Positions 13,206 through 26,713 of a DNA stretch of 64,000 bases are shown in pieces. Origin of the DNA: Eledone cirrhosa. Lineage: Eukaryota. The stretch lies in assembly GCA_964016885.1 (NCBI GenBank), contig OZ024751.1, positions 29,512,001-29,576,000 on the forward strand, given 5' to 3'. The number at the start of each line of letters is the position of its first letter. Position 1 is the stretch's first letter. The translations under genes were made by a program, and so were the position numbers. The notes under the pieces are model-generated. The model ran no database searches, had not been told where the DNA came from, and saw nothing but the letters and a program-made list of their open reading frames with translations.

Positions 13206-13244
13206 TTAGACACTATTGATGATGATGATGATAAATTTCAACTA

Positions 13245-13454
13245 CCTTATATACTAAATTATAAGCCAACCCCACTATTTTATGTCTGAGAAATGGGCAA
13301 AAATCTAAACCTTATTTACATAGAATTTAAAGTTGGTGAAAATCATCAAAATATTGACTCTGAATATAAGCTGACTCCCTTGCCCACCACCCCCTCAATT
13401 CTACCATAGATCTTTTGGTCACATGCTCCTTGGCTTATATTCGAGTATATACAG
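13245..13454. mobile_element. pogo/Tigger-like MITE with TA target duplication
   Basis: TA|CCTTATATACTAAATTATAAGCC ... GGCTTATATTCGAGTATATACAG|TA, imperfect TIRs. Confidence 0.6.
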
Positions 13455-14149
13455 TAAATCTTTACAACAGAATATAACTTCTTATTTCTTTTAATTCTAT
13501 TTAACTGCATATTTTGTCTGTTTCCATAGTAATAACTTTCCAGATTGTTCTAACTTTTCAAAGACAAAGTAATTAAAAAACAAAGCACATTCCAAAATAA
13601 TTATGATCAGCCAGTTGGTGACATATTTATTTATATATTTATTGGAAATATTTTTTGAAAATTTTATGGAAATTTTACTTAACCTTTTTATATATTTAGG
13701 AAAAGTATTAATTTTGACCTGAAGTTATATACACACACACACACACACATATATACATATATACATATATATATACACACATACACACACAGATATATAT
13801 ATATATATGTATATATGTATACACAGAGGGTGGGAGGGACAATTCCTGAAGAGTTTCCCCTTTAACCATTAGCAGTTATAAATATATATATAATAAATGA
13901 TTTATTCATTTCTTGTATATTTTGATGAACTAAATACCTGTGTTGATTTGAAATCAAAGAACTGATAATAATATCAAAGTCATTTTGTATTCTGTCTGTG
14001 TGTTTTCTTTACAAATCCTGATGAATTTAGATAAGAAATTATTTAGTCTTTAATATGACAATATAAATAACTCTTTTGATACCAAGCTGCCTGAAACCAC
14101 CCACTATTTATGATAAAACATTGTAAATTTGGAATGAACGATCACAAAT

Positions 14150-14372
14150 CAACAAGATCCCATATCTCATTCACAAAGTGGACCTTGTCAAATCAGACCA
14201 AAGAAACAATGTTTCCATTGGGGTTTTTTCCGAATGCTCATACAATCAGTGACAAATCCTGGCAGAAGGAACAACATGAAATAAAGTGTTTTTCAAGGAC
14301 ACAACACATTGCCTAGTCTGGGAATTCAACTCACAACCTCACAATTGAGAATTCAATTCTCTAACCACACAC
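14150..14372 (-). mobile_element. tRNA-derived CORE-like SINE with distinctive body
   Basis: The reverse complement matches 32863-33075 and 40888-41170, including GGAAACATTGTTTCTTTGGTCTGATTTGAC. Confidence 0.65.
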
Positions 14373-14845
14373 CTTCATTTTAAAGTGTCTTTATTTAAAT
14401 GATTCTGCCAAAAGTTTTAACCGGCAGATAGTTTCAGGAATGGAATGCCCAATAGAAATATTGTTTCTTTGGTCCGTCTGATCAGACAATCAGATAATTT
14501 TTATTTAAATGAAAGCCTTCTGTCATATATTTCTGTAAGAACTATTTTAAAGTTACATATGTCAGCTTCAAAATTACACAATTTGTGTGAGTAAATGTCT
14601 ATATAGGTGTACATATGTAGCTAATTATATTTCCATATATATATATATATATATATATATGAATAAATATATATACATATATATGTGTTTGTATATATAT
14701 ATATATATATAAATAAATATATATACATATATATGTGTTTGTATAAATATATATACATATATATGTGTTTGTATATATATATATATATAAATAAATATAT
14801 ATACATATATATGTGTTTGTATATATATATATATACATATATATA

Positions 14846-14893
<48 letters not shown>

Positions 14894-14957
14894 ACACGCA
14901 CACATACATATATGTAAAATACATTCATAGAATATATATATATATATATATATACAC

Positions 14958-15762
14958 ATGAAAGGCAGACTGTATGATGCCTGCATACGAACAACTATGT
15001 TAAATGGCAGTGAGACATGGGCATTGTGTGCAGAGGATCTGCGCAGACTGGAGAGGAACGAAGCAAGCATGCTCTGCTGGATGTGTAATAGTTAAATACG
15101 CGAACGGCAAAGCATAAATGAACTAAGTGAGAAATTAGGAATAAGAGGGATCAGATGCTGTTTACTCGAGAGAAGACTACGTTGGTATGGTCACGTGATG
15201 CGCATGAAAGACAACAGCTGTATAAAAAAGTGCAGGGCTATCAAAATAGACGGTAGCCACGAAGCAGATGATTTGATAAATTCTGACCTTACACACACCT
15301 CTCTAAGACAATGTCACTGGACCGAGATCTTTGGCGCCACGCAGTAATACAGAAAACCCGCCTTGCCTAAGTACAAAGTGAAACCTACAGTCAGTAGGTA
15401 CCTCTTAATCAAATATACACCCCCCTCCAACTCCCCCACCCCACACCCATCAACACCACCCCTTTCTCTGTAAAGTTATGTTTGTACCACAACATCCAGT
15501 CCTAAACAAATGAGGTCGTGTAGGTGTCACGACAAAAAACACACAGTCCACGCTGTAATGTGGCCATGTAGGTAACACGGTAAAAACCTTCCAGTCCACA
15601 CTGTAAACGTGGTTGGTGTTAGGAAGGGCATCCAGCCGTATAACACCTGCCAGTCAGTCCCATACGAGCAAGACAACCAATCTTGCCTCAAGTGGGACAA
15701 TTCACGTCTAAACCCATGCTAGCGTGGAAGATAGACGTTAAACGATGATGATGATGATGATG
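14958..15762 (+). mobile_element. 5'-truncated RTE LINE with 3' UTR and (GAT)n tail
   Basis: 14958-15320 is near-identical to 21411-21815 ([47 protein letters not shown]). The 3' UTR and GAT repeats follow. Confidence 0.92.
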
Positions 15763-16733
15763 ACACATATACCCATCCAGCCCATGCAAGTATAGGAAAG
15801 CGGACATAAACATGATGATGATACATAAACCACACATACATGATTCAAACACATTTACATACATAACACACATACATACATGAAATACTTTGTGTGTGTG
15901 TGTGTGTATGTATGCATATATGCATGTGTGTGCACATCTGCATGTATTTATATCTGTGTATGTGTATATGTATGTTTATGTCTGTCTTTGCATATGTGTG
16001 TGAGTGTGCGTGGAAGTGTATATAGTTCTACATTAAGGTAAAGTGAGAAGGTAGTGGTGTAGAATCTCTAATTGGTTCCTCGCCAGGTATCACTCCAACT
16101 ACCTGCTCTAAGTATTGCAGGTAGGTAAAGTTCTAGTTCCTTTCCTGTTTTGATATCTTCTACTACATGGATGGTGGTGATGGTGATGACAGTGGTAGTG
16201 TTGGTGGTGATGGTGATTATGATGATGGTGGTGTTTGTGATGATGGTGATGATTGTGATGTTGGTGGGGGTTATGATAATGGTGGTGATTGTGATATTGA
16301 TATTGATGTTGATGATGGTAATGACTGTGATGTTGGTGTTGATGGTGGTGGTGATGATGATGGCAGAGGTTATCGTTATGATGATGATGGTAATGGTGAT
16401 CATGATGGTGGTGATGGTGATGGTGATGAAGATGATCATGATGATGATCAAGTCATTACTTAGTATGGCTTAACTGACCTCTTGGGTGGGCCAAGAGCCC
16501 ACTTATCAATTACATAGATTCTTGCTTTCTGCTGAGTGTATCAGGGGCATTTTATCATTGCACCAACACTAGGGAGGCTGTCACATCTTTAGCACAGCAG
16601 AAGATTCCTCCTGAACCTTTCTTTGGTAGATGATAAATCATGATTATTTTAATTACATTCTTAGGGATTTATTAAAATCATTATTTCATTACTAAGATTG
16701 TAACAGACATATATATTTCTTACCTAAAATTAA

Positions 16734-16939
16734 CCCTTTAGTATTTAGTTCAGCCAGAATCCTCTCACCTATTTCTGTTCAAACTGGCTGTAACCGGCCA
16801 CTCATACTGATGTTGTGTTATTGTTGTCAAAATAAATAACATCAAAATCTCAGAGATGATGATATTATGTGTGATAAAGCCTTTACAGGGAAAATATAAT
16901 AGTAAATAATATATATAGAGTAATTTAAATACTAAAGGG
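16734..16939. mobile_element. piggyBac-like MITE
   Basis: TTAA|CCCTTTAGTATTTA ... TAAATACTAAAGGG|TTAA, homologous to 3195-3415. Confidence 0.8.
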
Positions 16940-19494
16940 TTAAGCTGGAAGATTTTAGTTTATCCCTTTTGTGACTGTATTTTTAATGATATACCCTCTA
17001 TTTCAATTAATTAATGAATAATCTTTAGGGATTTACTAAACTAATTAATTCAATTACTAAGTACTTAGTTTGCAGTACTTATCTAAAATTATGTTGGAAG
17101 ATTTTCATTTAACCCTTATATATTTCTAATAAAATATACTATATCAATGAATGAATTAATTAATTTTTTTAGTGTATTTATTTTATTATAGAAACAATAT
17201 TTGATTTTAAATTACTCAAATATATTTTTAGGATAAAATTACATAAAAAATAATAAAGAATTTAATATTTAATCAAACATATAGAAAAATAAAGTAGTAT
17301 TGGAAAGAACTATAAATGAGAGATGGAGAGAAAGGCCATTATTAACCTTCAGCATCCTGAATTGTTTTATGAATTACTTCCCTTGACATTGCTTTATGCA
17401 TTAAGGGGAGATTACTCTATAGGCGACATTAGGTGCCTAGTGTGCGTTAAAGGTTAAGCAACGAAAAAAGTGGGAAAGGGAGAGGATGACAGTTCTACAT
17501 GTAAGTCAGAGCTGAGTTTCGGCTGCACCACATGGACAATCTACAACGACAACTGCTGCAACAGCCACCCCATCTTGCTAGGCTCATTCCTCAGACCGGC
17601 TGCTGTCATTCTGATTTTACGGAGCAAGTCAACTGCACAGGTTTGAGGACACCTGAGGTTCTTACGGGTCATTTCATTACCAAGTTAGTAACTTAACATA
17701 TAGTATTTATTTAAAATCATATTGCACATTTTTAATCTAAATAAGAATCTTTTAAAATTGGTGATTTTGTTTCATAGAATCAGAACCAGAACCAGTTTTG
17801 GCCAGTCTAGTCCCCAAAGGGTTAATCAAAAGATAAAAATAAAAAAATAAGTTAGAGTAATTATTTGTAAAAGATTATCGTCATGTAACATTTTGATTTG
17901 GCAATATAAAAATAAAATCAACAATATTAAAACAACTGAAATATTGTTATTATCAACATCATCACCATCATCATCATCATTATGTGCCTAAATCAGAAAA
18001 CATTATTATTATTATGGCAAATAAAAAAAATAATAATAATAATAATAATGGTAATTATTATTATTGCAGAATAGTTAATTGCTTAAAAAAGAAATTTAAA
18101 CAAAATACAAAATATATAAATAAAAAAAACACTATGCTTTAAATTAAAAAAAAATTACAAAACATTAATTTTGTAATAGTTAATTCATTGTAATGTTTGT
18201 GAGCTAATGTTTTAGTGTTTAGTTCTATTTATAGACTGTGTTGTTAGTAGTAGTAGTAGTAGTAGTAGTGCTGGTGGTAGTAGACGTGGTGGTGGTGGTT
18301 GTAGTAGCAGTAGTGGTAGCAGTAGTAGCTGTAGTAGTAGTAGCAACAGTAACAGTAGTAGTAGAAGTAGCAATAATAGCAGCAACAGTAGCAATAGTAG
18401 AAGTAGTAGTAGTAGCAGTAATAGTAGTAGTAGTAATAGCAGCAACAGTAGTAGTAGTAGTATGCTCTAAGAATTATATTTCGTGACATTATTGCTGTAA
18501 AGTAACACTTCTTCAACATAATTGACATTATTGTTGGAATATTTTCGGTTTTTTTAAAAATGTTTTTACTATTTTAGTGTATCTTTATATTTATGTGTGT
18601 ATATTTGCATGTACAAGTACATGTGTGTGTGTATTTGTATATACATGTGTATGTGTGTGTTTGCATATACGTGTACATGTGTGTGTGTTTGTATATTTGC
18701 ATATATGTGTACATGTGTGTGTGTCTGTATGTGTATCTGTCTGCGTGTGTATATGTGTGTTTGCCTATATGTGTGCATGTCTGTGTGTATGTGCCTATGA
18801 ATATGTATCTATGTGTGTGTGTGTGTATGTGTGTCTACATGTATATGTGCATATATCTGTGTGTGTGTGTTTTCCATATTATGGAAAAATCTACAATATT
18901 TGGATGTTTTCGAAGTTTTTTAAGGAATACTCTTCGTCTTCATTCGTCTTCTTCTTTTTCTTGCTTTTCTTCATTCTTCTTTTCTTCTACTTCTCCTTCA
19001 TTCTTCTTCTTTTTCTTCATCTTCTTTTTCTTCTTTTTCTTCTTTTTCTTCTTTTTCTTCTTTTTCTTCTTCTTCAATATTCTTCTTCTTCAATATTCTT
19101 TTTCTTCTTCTTCTCATTATTATTACCATTATCATTATCATCTTTTTTGTTTGTTTTTACAAATATATTTGATTGCTCTTCTTAGCTTTGTTATAAAATA
19201 TTGTAAAGTAGGACTTTAATAAACTAGATGAATTGAATTTTTTGAGGAATAATGCGAATTGCTTGAGGATATAAAATAATGCTTGTTGCAATTTGAATTC
19301 ATAATGTATGGCTTCATTGCTTTAATTGTTTAGTCACTTATGTTTGTATGCCATAAGGCTTTTCTTTTTTTTAAACATATAATTCAATCGTTACTCACAT
19401 TGGACATGGAATAATGAACTTGAAAAAATCCTCTAGTATGTGACTATATTGCTAACCTGTCCTATTATATTTTGAATTGAAAGGCCTGTTAATG

Positions 19495-20185
19495 TTAATA
19501 ACTCTTTCGTTACGATTTTTCTAATGAAAGAGACACTGTCTAGGATGAAGTAATAATTTGAAGGGATTTAGTAATATAACTAACTTTATTGTTATTAAAG
19601 CTGATGGTTGGAACGTAACTTAAGAAAGGTTCTTGCATAAAATCACAATGAGAGATTTTTTTACATAAATATAATCACTGCCTATGAAATGAAGTATTTG
19701 AAGGGATTTGTTAATATAACTAACTTTCTCCTTATTAAAGCTGATGTTTGGAACATAACTTAACAAAGGTTCTTGCATAAAATCACGAGAGATTTTTTTT
19801 TTCCATAAATATAATCACTTCCTATGATGTAGGAATAATTTTTGAAAATAATGAAGAATTTCAAGGGATTTAGTAATACAAACTAAGTTTCTCGTTAAGC
19901 TGATGTTTGAAATGTAACTTAACAAAAGTTCTTGCATAAAATCATGATGAAAGGTTTTTACAGAAATAGACCTGCCCAACCCTTGCTTGCAGGGAAAGCA
20001 GTCATTGAAACGATGATGATGATAAACATTGTCTATTATGTACTATTAATTTTGAAAAATATGAAGAATTTGAAATGATTTAGTAATATAACTAATCTCA
20101 TTATTAAGCTGATATTTGGAACATAGCTTAACAAATGTTCTTGAATAAAATTTTGTTAATGTTTGTTATAGTAGGAAAAGAGTCT
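19495..20185. repeat. Four diverged 140-180 bp direct repeats, probably inside a second TTAA-CCCTTTCGTTAC-type MITE
   Basis: GAAGGGATTTAGTAATATAACTAA..AAGCTGATGTTTGGAACATAACTTAACAAAGGTTCTTGCATAAAAT recurs at about 19560, 19699, 19862 and 20072. The start resembles 38711. Confidence 0.6.
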
Positions 20186-20257
20186 CAATGTATCAGGCAC
20201 TAGTTGTTCATCAGATGAAGCCATTTAAAAAGAAAAGGATTTCATTTTACCTCTCTA

Positions 20258-20288
<31 letters not shown>

Positions 20289-20448
20289 TCACAAACTGGT
20301 ACAGACATACATACAAACACATATTCACAAACTAATGCAGTCATACATACACACACACATTCACAAACTGATGCAGACACACACACATACACATTTACAA
20401 ACTCATACATACACATACATATGTACACATATATAAACATACATATGC

Positions 20449-21815
20449 ATGAGGCATTAAATTAATTGACCAGGTCATGAAGGTCACAGAAAAAGTTATA
20501 GCAACTGATCAGAGAGCAAATTGATCTAGATGAAATGCAGTTCAGATTTGTGTCAGGTAAAAGTACGACAGGCGCTCTTTTCCTTGTACGACAACTACAG
20601 GAGAAGTACCTAGCTAAAAGTAAACCCCTATACTTAGCTTTTGTTGACTTGGAAAAAGTCTTTGTCAGAGTCCCCTGCTCAAAAACTAGGTGTCGATGAA
20701 TGGCTTGTGAGAGCTATACAAGCCATGTATAAAGAAACAGTCAGCAAGGTTAGAATTAACAACGAATATAGGGAAGAGATTAGCGTAAAAGTTGGTGTTC
20801 ATCAGGGCTCTGTCCTTAGCCTCTCCTATTTATTATTGCCCTTCAGGCTATAACAGAGGAGTTCAAGACCGGCTGCCCATGGGAACTTCTATACGCAGAT
20901 GACCTAACACTCATAGCTGAATCGATGGCTGAACTAGAGAAGAAATTCCAAACATGGAAGCATGGCCTAGAATCAAAAGGCCTTAAAATTAACTTGTCTA
21001 AGACTAAAGTGCTAGTATGTAGGAAAGCAAATAGGGCACTGGTCCCCTCTGAGAAATGGCCATCCTCAGTGTGTAGGAAAGGAGTAGGCAGAAACTCCAT
21101 TTTATGTCCCAAATACAAAGTATGGGTGCATAAAAGATGTAGTGGGATCACAGGTAAGCTAACTAAGAACATAGATTTTATATGTGGCCAGTGCTCAGGT
21201 GCAATAACTAGTAGCAAGTGCCCACAGGATACTAGTTCCTTCTATTGCCCAGATGGTTCTATAGAAATAGTGGACACCTTCCGTTACCTGGGTGACACCA
21301 TCAGCAGTGGTGAAGGGTGCACTGAAAGTACAGTAGCCAGAGTCAGAACGGGATGGAAAAAGTTCAGAGAGCTTATATCACTATTGGCCGCTAAAGGTTT
21401 CTCTCTAAAAATGAAAGGCAGACTGTATGATGCCTGCATACGAACAGCTATGTTAAATGGCAGTGAGACATGGGCATTGTGTGCAGAGGATCTGCGCAGA
21501 CTGGAGAGGAACGAAGCATGCATGCTCCGCTGGATGTGTAATAGTAATATACATGAACAGCAAAGCATAAATGAACTAAGTGAGAAATTAGGAATAAGAG
21601 GGATCAGATACTGTTTACTTGAGAGAAGACTACGTTGGTATGGTCACGTGATGCGCATGAAAGACGACAGCTGTATAAAAAAAAAAATTTTTTTAAGTGC
21701 AAGGCGATCAAAATTGATGGAAGCTACGGAGTAGGCAGATCCAGAAAAACCTGGGACGATTTGATAAATTCCGACCTTACACACTTATACCTCTCTAAGA
21801 CAATGTCACTGGACA
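20449..21815 (+). mobile_element. RTE-clade LINE reverse transcriptase pseudogene (frameshifted, truncated at both ends)
   Basis: Reads GIKLIDQVMKV..DEMQFRFVSGKSTTGALFLVRQLQEKYLAK..LAFVDLEK..GVHQGSVLS..ELLYADDL, then a Cys-rich insert (VCRKGVGRNSILC..WVHKRC..CGQC), FRYLG, SETW and RLRWYGHVMRM. Confidence 0.95.
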
Positions 21816-21929
21816 TCTACTGATTATTGCTAATCCAACAATAAATATGAAAAATTAAATTTCAAAGGAACAACTATGAAATAATTCTCTTTAGGTTGCA
21901 TTTTATAGAGACAGCTTTTATATATATAT

Positions 21930-22390
21930 AAATAAATAAATACATTATCGGAGAAAGCTTTTAGCGATACTCCGACCAAATTCCACCTCACTCAACAAAC
22001 ATTAGGAAATAAGTGAATATATTCCTAATTAAGCATTCGGGGTGCTAACTAAATGTATTGTGTGGAAAATTGGCTGTATTATTTCATATGAGACATATCG
22101 AACATATCTCTTCCCAGACGGACGTCTCGTTTCATTATAAGATTCCTACAATTTGGGTGAAATTATATCAATTTATGTAGGAGCTTGTATACCATCAACA
22201 GATATATATTCAAGTGGGCTCTTATAATTCATCAGTGGGTGCCCAATAATACTAATATTGATAATCTAACCAATATCAGTATTTAGCGCTAATCACCATC
22301 AGTGTCTGAGGTATCTGTTAGGTTGCTACTCCAGCAGTTCTACAGAAATACTCAAACTGATTCAAAAATGAGGAAGTATATTACCGCCAT
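21930..22390 (-). mobile_element. Non-coding HHR-containing element embedded between (TA)n tracts (Penelope pLTR/retrozyme-like)
   Basis: About 460 bp of non-microsatellite sequence bounded by TA repeats. It has no credible ORF and carries an intact HHR core. Confidence 0.5.
22096..22248 (-). ncRNA. Type I hammerhead ribozyme with expanded, branched stem II
   Basis: Minus strand: CCCA-CUGAUGA-AUUAUAAGA...(77 nt)...UCUUAUAAU-GAAA-CG AGACGUC CG-UC-UGGG. Perfect core, 9-bp stem II base, GUC cleavage triplet, stem I CCCA/UGGG, and a distal UAUUGGGCA/UGUUCGAUA helix. Confidence 0.82.
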
Positions 22391-22426
22391 ATATATATAT
22401 AAATATACACACATATATATATATAT

Positions 22427-22601
<175 letters not shown>

Positions 22602-23209
22602 CATATATATATATATACACACATATATATACATATATATAGTCAGTTTTGTGATTGTTAATTTATGAAATAATAAGAACATGGGGAAAAATGCATATGA
22701 TCCGTAATTAGTTACGACCTAATTAATTTGGCATGAAATAAAATAAGAAAAGAAGCTTAATGTTGAATACTTTGAAGCTTAATGTTGGCTAATTAGTTGA
22801 GAAATTTACCATGTAAATAATAATAATAATAATAATACCTAAACACATAATACATAAGTAGATATGGGGTATGTGGTACATTTTTATTCTCTATAACTTC
22901 ATATCTTCTCATAATCAGTCTTAATATATATATTTTTTATTTAGTGAACATAACAAATATTCATTATTATTATTATTATTGTTATTTGTCTGTTTTTTTG
23001 TTTTTTTTAATTTTATCTCACTTAACTATTTCCAACTTGCTTGGTTGTCCATCTACAGCTACTTCTTCACTTTTCCCTCCTCCTCTCCGTTGTCATCATC
23101 ATCATCATCATCATCACCACCATTATTATTGTCATATCATCATCTCCTTCTTAGCATATTGTGTAATAATGGCTAGCCTGCTCATTCATCCTCTCCTAGA
23201 GCAGTGGTG

Positions 23210-23308
<99 letters not shown>

Positions 23309-23531
23309 CACACACACATCTGAGCAAGACAGTCACCCGACCAACCTTGCCTCAAGTGGGACAACTCCTGTCTAACCCATGCTAGCGTAGAAGATGGACG
23401 TTAAACGATGATGATGATGTTGATATATAAATGCACATATAAAAACACACATACTTTAGCATATATATATATATATATATGAATGTATGTCTAACCTATG
23501 CAAGCATGGAAAAATGGTTGCTAAATGGTGA

Positions 23532-23592
<61 letters not shown>

Positions 23593-23670
23593 GTGTTAGT
23601 TCTTTTGTTACTTTGATATTGTGTGGCTGGGTTTTGCCTACCGCAATGTTCAATTTGTCAAGATATTTAA

Positions 23671-23726
<56 letters not shown>

Positions 23727-23878
23727 CTGTCTGTGTCATTTTATTATTTGGTTTTGCTGGGGTTTTTTTGTTGTCTTCTGTTGAAATGATCAGCACTTGA
23801 CGCCAATAGTTCCCCTGTCCACATGTCCCCAGTCTAAAGTAAACAACTTACTAAGAGCTGTAATCTTGTTTTGGACAA

Positions 23879-24605
23879 CAGTAGTAATAGTACTACAGAA
23901 CAGTAGTAATAGTACTACAGAACAGTAGTAATAGTACTACAGAACAGTAGTAATAGTACTACAGAACAGTAGTAATAGTACTACAGAACAGTAGTAATAG
24001 TACTACAGAACAGTAGTAATAGTACTACAGAACAGTAGTAATAGTACTACAGAACAGTAGTAATAGTACTACAGAACAGTAGTAATAGTACTACAGAACA
24101 GTAGTAATAGTACTACAGAACAGTAGTAATAGTACTACAGAACAGTAGTAATAGTACTACAGAACAGTAGTAATAGTACTACAGAACAGTAGTAATAGTA
24201 CTACAGAACAGTAGTAATAGTACTACAGAACAGTAGTAATAGTACTACAGAACAGTAGTAATAGTACTACAGAACAGTAGTAATAGTACTACAGAACAGT
24301 AGTAATAGTACTACAGAACAGTAGTAATAGTACTACAGAGCAGTAGTAATAGTACTACACAACAGTAGTAATAGTACTACAGAACAGTAGTAATAGTACT
24401 ACAGAACAGTAGTAATAGTACTACAGAACAGTAGTAATAGTACTACAGAACAGTAGTAATAGTACTACAGAACAGTAGTAATAGTACTACAGAACAGTAG
24501 TAATAGTACTACAGAGCAGTAGTAATAGTACTACACAACAGTAGTAATAGTACTACACAACAGTAGTAATAGTACTACAGAACAGTAGTAATAGTACTAC
24601 AGAGC
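23879..24605. repeat. 22-bp minisatellite (CAGTAGTAATAGTACTACAGAA), about 33 copies
   Basis: Near-perfect head-to-tail copies. Confidence 0.95.
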
Positions 24606-24679
24606 AACTTCTCTTTAATATTTCCCCTACTGCTGGTTCTTTGCCTTTGGCTATATCATCAATTCAATGAAGAAATATA

Positions 24680-26040
24680 CCACTACACCACTCCTCCACT
24701 AAGCCACTACACACCACTGCTCCTCTGGTACACCAGTACTCTACTACACCTCTACACTGCTATACCACTACTCCACTCCACCACTAAGCCACTACACACC
24801 ACTGCTCCTCTGGTACACCAGTACTCTACTACACCTCTACACTGCTACACCACTACACCACTCCACCACTAAGCCACTACACACCACTGCTCCTCTGGTA
24901 CACCAGTACTCTACTACACCTCTACACTGCTATACCACTACTCCACTCCTCCACTACACACCACTGCTCCTCTGGTACACCAGTACTCTACTACACCTCT
25001 ACACTGCTACACCACTACACCACTCCACCACTAAGCCACTACACACCACTGCTCCTCTCGTACACCAGTACTCTACTACACCTCTACACTGCTACACCAC
25101 TACACCACTCCACCACTAAGCCACTACACACCACTGCTCCTCTCGTACACCAGTACTCTACTACACCACTACACCACTCCTCCACTAAACTGCTACACTG
25201 TTCCGCTGCTACACCGCACCTTTGCTACACCACTCTTCTGCTACATTGATCCTCTACTACTCCACTACACTGCTCCTCCACTACATTACTCCACTACACT
25301 GCTCCTCTGCTACACTGCTCTTCCACTCAACCACTACTTCAGTACACTGCTCCTCCACTGCATTACTCCACTACACTGCTCCTCCACTATTCCGCTACTT
25401 CATAACACCACTACACTGTTACACCATTCCAATACTTCACTACACAGCTACACCACTACTCCCCCACTCCACCACTACTTCACTACAACACTACACCACT
25501 CCCCTGCTACACCATACACCACTCCAACACACCAATCCTCCACTCCCCCACTCCACCACTACTTCACTACAACACTACACCACTCCCCTGCTACACCATA
25601 CACCACTCCAACACACCAATCCTCCACTCCCCCACTCCACCACTACTTCACTACAACACTACACCACTCCCCTGCTACACCATACACCACTCCAACACAC
25701 CAATCCTCCACTCCCCCACTCCACCACTACTTCACTACAACACTACACCACTCCCCTGCTACACCATACACCACTCCAACACACCACCACTCCTCCACTA
25801 CTTCACTACAACACTACACCGCTCCCCTGCTACACCATACACCACTCCAACACACCACCACTCCTCCACTCCCCCACTCCTTCACTACAACACTACACCA
25901 CTCCCCTGCTACACCATACACCACTCCAACACACCACCACTCCTCCACTCCTTCACTACAACACTACACCACTCCCCTGCTACACCATACACCACACCAA
26001 CACACCACCACTCCACCACTACAACACTACACCACTCCTC
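24680..26040. repeat. CCACTACA-based compound minisatellites (about 85-bp and 84-bp units)
   Basis: A unit of about 85 bp repeats over 24696-25190 and an 84-bp unit repeats over 25450-25790, with degenerate flanks. This explains ORF 25222-26094. Confidence 0.85.
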
Positions 26041-26362
26041 TACATCACTACTTACTCTGCTTACTTTCACCATTATCTTCAGTTTCAAACCTAAATGCTA
26101 CAGGAACACACAACACACAATCTACAAGCTTGCTAGAAAACCAAACATTGTCCTTCTTCCAAGATTCCATACAACCGAAGTAAATTAAATGAAAGCCAAG
26201 ACATTCCAAAATCATTGTTTGGTAACCTTTCTCGTATTAAGTCTGGCTCAAGATCCTACTGTAAAAACTTTTCACCACTTTCACTGTCTTTGCTACTTGG
26301 TCAGCTTTACCAAATATATATTTGAGGATTAACAAAATCTTGTTGTCGTTGTTGTTGTCGTT

Positions 26363-26395
<33 letters not shown>

Positions 26396-26666
26396 GGTGG
26401 TGGTGTTTATTTTACAAGTAATTTATAACGTCATTTGTTAAAGTAACTGTTTGTCAATAGATTTTATGTGTGTGTGTGTGTGTATGTGTGTGTGTATGTA
26501 TGTGTGTGTGTGTGTGTGTGTGTATGAGTGTCTGTTTGTATGTGTGTGTGTATATGTATGTATGTGTGTATATATATATATATGTATGTGTGTATATATA
26601 TATGTGTGTATATATATATATATATATGTGTGTATATATATATATATGTCTGTGTATATATATATA

Positions 26667-26713
<47 letters not shown>

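Noticed and set aside
17505-17600. CUGAGGA...GAAA on the minus strand as a possible hammerhead
   Set aside because: Stem II does not close next to the core, and no stem I pairing was found.
25222-26094. 290-aa His/Thr/Pro-rich ORF
   Set aside because: It is the product of an 84-bp minisatellite, with a non-ATG start and no splice context.
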